Part shown: piece after piece, positions 28,043 to 32,000 of the stretch | Position numbering within the stretch: the stretch's first letter is position 1 | Layout of the letters: every line of letters begins with the position of its first letter | Origin: Bacillus subtilis subsp. subtilis str. 168 | Lineage (GTDB): Bacteria > Bacillota > Bacilli > Bacillales > Bacillaceae | Assembly: GCF_000009045.1 (NCBI RefSeq) | Contig: NC_000964.3 | Coordinates: 2,730,001-2,762,000, forward strand | DNA length: 32,000 nucleotides | Direction: 5' to 3' | The notes under the pieces: model-generated | Databases searched by the model: none | Told to the model about the DNA's origin: nothing | Seen by the model: the letters and a program-made list of their open reading frames with translations, nothing else | Program-made: the position numbers and the translations under genes

Positions 28043-30076
28043 TTAAGACTCCTTCGTTACATTCTGAAAGACAGCAGTCGCGTCCCACACATTCAAGCCA
28101 AATTGGCCTTCTGAAAATACGGAATCATGTGCATCAATCACAAGACGATCATCTAAATAGATTTTAAAGCGATCGCCCTCGGCCTCTGTTTTCAGATGAT
28201 ACTTTTTATTAACGTCTATCGGTGTTTTGTATTCAGCAATGACAGAAGCAGCACCGTTCTCAAATTTAAAGAATTTCACTAGGTCATGCTTCGCATCCAC
28301 ATTGGCAAGGTAACCGTTTTTGGCATCTTTGTCAGAGCGAAACATTAGTGCTCCTGCCCCTCTTCCGTTTCCATCCTTAATGGTGATATCAGATTCATAA
28401 GTGAAGTCTGACCCGGATGCTGAAGACAAGATAAAGGAATCGCCGTCCGACCTCCCTTGTTTCCCCTCAATTGTGTCTGCCCACGTGCCATTTACAGTCG
28501 TCCAGCCAGTCATATTGGACATAAAAGGTGTCGTTCCCCATACCTTTTTTAAAGGGTGTATCGTTAAAGATTTTACCTTTACACCGCCATTTGCAGCATA
28601 TAATTCAAGCCCTTTGCTTGATCGGTCTGGGAGAATAATATCCGTTATGACCTGCTTTCCGTCATTCCCAAATACTTCAACCGAGGAGCGGTCAACAAAA
28701 ATGCGCAACTTAACCTTCCCATTTACCGGCTTCAACGGGGCTGTTTCTTTTCCGGTGTTAAAGGCCGGATTAAAGGTGTCGTTGCCTGACTCGCTCCGGT
28801 CAACGAACAATTTGGCGTTCCTTCGGTCATAGCCGACCTTCGTAAATTGATTTTCACCTGTTCGGACCTTAAAACCAAATTCAGCAGCTGAACCAGGGCT
28901 TACTTTAAATTCTGCATTTATTTCATAGGCATCTCCAGATTGCCCCGCTAACACATTATGACTTGCAGGCGATATGGTCAGATTCTTCCACTTCTTAGAG
29001 GTTCCGCGAATGGTTTCCAGCTCTTTCACCGGTGTTTGGACCACTCTAACCCCTTCGGTAAACGCTTTCAATTTTAACTCTCTTGGAATGGACGTTGCAC
29101 TTCTCCATGGGGATGTCGGAACATCATTCGCATATTGCCAATTGCTCATCCACCCTAACCATAGCCGGCGGCTGTCTGTGGATGGAATATCAGACCAGGA
29201 TACAGCCGCATAAAAGTCTCTGCCGTAATCCGTCCAGAGAACTTTGTTTGGCGGGTTTTCATTTTTAAAATGAGTTCCATCAAAGTCCCCTACAAAATAT
29301 TGCATGCCTGATCCTCCCGAGACCGCTCCGTTTCCGACACTGACCTGCATGACCCATTTCTTTTGATTCGGATTGCCGTCTACCGGAAGCTCAAATAAAT
29401 CCGGGCATTCCCATACTCCCCCGTGGCTTCCTTGATCCTGTCCAAATTCACTTGCATACGTCCACTGCTTCAGATTTTTTGATGTATAAATGAGGATTCG
29501 GTCACCGGCCGCAAGCACCATCACCCACTTTTTTTCTTTCTCATACCAAAAGACTTTTGGATCGCGAAAATCTTTTTTACCCGGGTTTGGAATGACAGGG
29601 TTGCCAGCGTACTTCGTCCATGTTCTTCCTTTGTCGTTGCTATAGGCAATACTTTGCACTTGATGGCCTTCCCGATCCTGTGTATAAATGGCCACAAGCG
29701 GCTTCTCTTTGCCTGTTTGAAAACCGCTTGTGTTATTTTTATCTACAACTGCGCTTCCAGAAAAGATCGTGCCTTTTTCATCCGGATACAGCGCAACAGG
29801 AAGGTGTTCCCATGTAACCAAATCTTTGCTGACGGCATGCCCCCAATGCATGGGCCCCCACTGAAGCCCGTATGGATGGTATTGATAGAACAAGTGATAT
29901 TCCCCAGCATAATATACCATTCCGTTTGGGTCATTCATCCAGTTTGCCTCCGGTGTGAAGTGATATTGAGGACGGTAATCCTCATCATAGTAGCTTGAAT
30001 CGGCTGCATCTGCCGAAAATGCCATAGTCAACAGCAGGGTGAACATGATCATGACTTGAATCAGTCTCTTTTTCAT
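28043..30076 (-). CDS. sacC: Levanase (GH32), secreted
   Basis: 677 aa; signal peptide, YHFTPEANWMNDPNGMVYY, RDPKVFWYE, ECPDLF, and C-terminal sandwich plus LamG-like extension. Confidence 0.96.
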   Translation of the reverse strand: MKKRLIQVMIMFTLLLTMAFSADAADSSYYDEDYRPQYHFTPEANWMNDPNGMVYYAGEYHLFYQYHPYGLQWGPMHWGHAVSKDLVTWEHLPVALYPDEKGTIFSGSAVVDKNNTSGFQTGKEKPLVAIYTQDREGHQVQSIAYSNDKGRTWTKYAGNPVIPNPGKKDFRDPKVFWYEKEKKWVMVLAAGDRILIYTSKNLKQWTYASEFGQDQGSHGGVWECPDLFELPVDGNPNQKKWVMQVSVGNGAVSGGSGMQYFVGDFDGTHFKNENPPNKVLWTDYGRDFYAAVSWSDIPSTDSRRLWLGWMSNWQYANDVPTSPWRSATSIPRELKLKAFTEGVRVVQTPVKELETIRGTSKKWKNLTISPASHNVLAGQSGDAYEINAEFKVSPGSAAEFGFKVRTGENQFTKVGYDRRNAKLFVDRSESGNDTFNPAFNTGKETAPLKPVNGKVKLRIFVDRSSVEVFGNDGKQVITDIILPDRSSKGLELYAANGGVKVKSLTIHPLKKVWGTTPFMSNMTGWTTVNGTWADTIEGKQGRSDGDSFILSSASGSDFTYESDITIKDGNGRGAGALMFRSDKDAKNGYLANVDAKHDLVKFFKFENGAASVIAEYKTPIDVNKKYHLKTEAEGDRFKIYLDDRLVIDAHDSVFSEGQFGLNVWDATAVFQNVTKES

Positions 30077-30232
30077 TTGTTCCTTCGCTCCTCTCTTCAT
30101 GTTTGAACACTTTCAAAAGAGACTGCTGCGCAAGCTGGTCCGTTTCTGGCAATTCTCCTCTGTTTCACTGTTATCCGAATGATTTATATATGAAAAGACT
30201 GCTGCAGTTTCTCTCTCTTTCCTTCACACACC

Positions 30233-31060
30233 TTATGCTAAGAATCCAGCCCAATACCCGAGAATCCCGATGACAAAGATGCCGCAAATAATGAGAAGTG
30301 GATTCACCCCTTTGCGAAGCATCCATGCCACCAATAACGTTAATCCGAGAGGCAGCGCCCCCGGCATAATGCTATCTAGCACGTTTTGTACCGTTTGAAC
30401 ATCTACTTTTCCGCTTTCATCCTTAATCCTGGATACAACGATTGGAATGTTGATGGTGGTCCATTTGGACACGAGAGCCCCCATAACAAATAACCCGAGA
30501 ATCGAAGCGCCCTCTGTAAGCTTTTGAATGCGATTCCCCGCTAAATCCTGAAGAATCTCCATTCCTTTCACATAGCCATACTTTAATCCGTAATATTTTG
30601 TGCTTAATCTTATGGCATTCAGCAAGAAAAAGAATAGCAAAGGACCGGCAATGTTTCCTCCTAAAGCAAGGGAGGCTCCTAGCGCAGCTAAGACAGGACG
30701 AATCGTTCCCCAAAAAATTGGATCGCCTACGCCCGCTATTGGTCCCATCAAACCGATTTTCATTCCGCTTATCGCTTTTCCGTCAATTCCTTTATTGTTC
30801 GCCATTTCTTCTTCCATGGCTGCCGTCACGCCAAATATAGGCGCTGTCAGCCACGGATGTGTATTAAACCATTCCAAATGCCGCTGTAAGGCTTCGTTTC
30901 TTTTCGCTCCGGGACCGTACAATTTTTTGATCGCCGGTATCATGACATAACAATATCCCATTGCCTGCACACGTTCGAAGTTAAAGGAACCGAGTAAAAA
31001 ATTTGAACGAATAAACATGCTGAAAATTTCTTTCTTCGTTAATCGTTTTTCTTTCTCCAT
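30233..31060 (-). CDS. levG: Fructose-specific PTS component IID
   Basis: 275 aa; LTKKEIFSMFIRSNFLLGSFNFERVQAMGYCYVMIPAIKKLYG, mannose-family EIID. Confidence 0.95.
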   Translation of the reverse strand: MEKEKRLTKKEIFSMFIRSNFLLGSFNFERVQAMGYCYVMIPAIKKLYGPGAKRNEALQRHLEWFNTHPWLTAPIFGVTAAMEEEMANNKGIDGKAISGMKIGLMGPIAGVGDPIFWGTIRPVLAALGASLALGGNIAGPLLFFFLLNAIRLSTKYYGLKYGYVKGMEILQDLAGNRIQKLTEGASILGLFVMGALVSKWTTINIPIVVSRIKDESGKVDVQTVQNVLDSIMPGALPLGLTLLVAWMLRKGVNPLLIICGIFVIGILGYWAGFLA

Positions 31061-31080
31061 TTTTTCTTCCCCCTCATCGT

Positions 31081-31890
31081 TTAGGCATCAAGATCATCAT
31101 CATCGTCATCATAAACAGCAACACTGCCACTGTCTGATGCGGCCGCGACTGCTCCGTGAGCGCTTTGTTTTTGCATCACCTGCTGGTATAAAAGCGCCAG
31201 ACAGAGACCAAGGGCTCCAAATCCCACTAAGTTAAAATCGGTAAACGCCGCTAATAAGAAACCAATATAGAAAAATGGCTTTAAATAAGGAATATTCATC
31301 ATATTGATCACCATGGCATACCCGACAACCACAATAATGCCTCCGCCTATTTGCAGTCCTTTTGTAATGACATCAGGAATATTTCCCAGGAACGCCTGAA
31401 CAGCGCTGACACTAATTAAAGCAACAATCAATGTAGGAATCATGACGCGCAAAGCTTGAAACACCATCGCGGTAATATGCATAATTTCAATTCCTTTTAT
31501 ATTTCCCGCTTTTGCATATTGATCAGCGCGGTGGATGAAAAAGACAGTGATCGTCCGAACAAAAATCGTCAGCGCCTGACCCGCAGCTGCTAAAGCAACA
31601 GCGACAGCAATCCCTTCGCCAATTCCTTGATCAGCGGTAATAACTAAAATGGTTGAGATGACAGAGGCGATCGCTGTATCAGGTGCCATGGCAAGCCCGA
31701 CGTTCATCCAGCCGAGCGCCATCAGCTCCAGTGTGCCTCCAAGAATAATTCCCGTTTTTAAGTCCCCGAGCACCAAGCCAACCAACGTACAGGCCACTAG
31801 CGGCCGGTGTGTCTGCCCTTCATCCAATACACTTGCGATTCCGGTGATTGCTGCAATGATTAACAACAAAATAATTTGTAATGAAGACAT
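31081..31890 (-). CDS. levF: Fructose-specific PTS component IIC
   Basis: 269 aa; GLVLGDLKTGIILGGTLELMALGWMNVGLAMAPDTAIASVISTIL, mannose-family EIIC. Confidence 0.95.
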   Translation of the reverse strand: MSSLQIILLLIIAAITGIASVLDEGQTHRPLVACTLVGLVLGDLKTGIILGGTLELMALGWMNVGLAMAPDTAIASVISTILVITADQGIGEGIAVAVALAAAGQALTIFVRTITVFFIHRADQYAKAGNIKGIEIMHITAMVFQALRVMIPTLIVALISVSAVQAFLGNIPDVITKGLQIGGGIIVVVGYAMVINMMNIPYLKPFFYIGFLLAAFTDFNLVGFGALGLCLALLYQQVMQKQSAHGAVAAASDSGSVAVYDDDDDDLDA

Positions 31891-31906
31891 ATTCTCATCC
31901 CCTTGA

Positions 31907-32000
31907 TTATTTTGTTACGTTCCGTAAAATCTGTACAAAATCCTCACTGGCATCTGAAGGCAGCTGCCTCAATTCCAGTTTCACGCCCTTGTCACTTAAT
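31907..32000 (-). CDS. levE: Fructose-specific PTS component IIB, C-terminal part only (window edge)
   Basis: Minus-strand reading ...LSDKGVKLELRQLPSDASEDFVQILRNVTK* directly upstream of levF. Confidence 0.85.
   Translation of the reverse strand, partial: LSDKGVKLELRQLPSDASEDFVQILRNVTK

Noticed and set aside
28401-28832. 143-aa plus-strand ORF opposite sacC, with similar antisense ORFs at 28974-29998
   Set aside because: Antisense to levanase, with no RBS and no recognisable domain.
1-32000. CRISPR arrays, transposases, phage genes, tRNA/rRNA genes, known defence systems
   Set aside because: None seen by eye. The only immunity-like gene is the barstar-like yrdF, which has no adjacent ribonuclease toxin in the window.

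Overview
This window looks like ordinary low-GC Bacillus chromosome, and the gene content and order match my memory of the Bacillus subtilis azlB/yrdF to levE region. I ran no database search. Left part: an AzlB-type Lrp/AsnC regulator (partial), barstar-like YrdF, cytochrome P450 CypA, isochorismatase YrdC, YrdB, DinB-like YrdA, aminoglycoside 6-adenylyltransferase AadK, YrpB and a glutamate racemase. Middle: secreted YrpD, ZinT-type zinc lipoprotein with a Zur-like box, the ECF sigma factor SigZ, aldo/keto reductase YrpG, a citrate-type transporter / LysR regulator / PrpF-family cluster, chitosanase Csn, and the YraL/K/J/I/H genes. Right part: spore-coat-like genes in two paralogous pairs around adhB, the AdhR-type regulator with three matching palindromes and adhA/yraA, then levanase sacC and the fructose PTS genes levG/levF/levE (partial). 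I found no phage, IS element, CRISPR array, tRNA or rRNA. I found no strong candidate for a wholly new system. The points most worth a second look are a 25-aa hydrophobic microprotein at 10769-10846 (YjcZ-like motif, good RBS, strong terminator), the coat-protein/dehydrogenase sandwich, the transporter/PrpF module, a frameshifted acetyltransferase-like gene not captured at full length by the ORF track, decayed TetR/transporter remnants, and a repeated terminator-like element.
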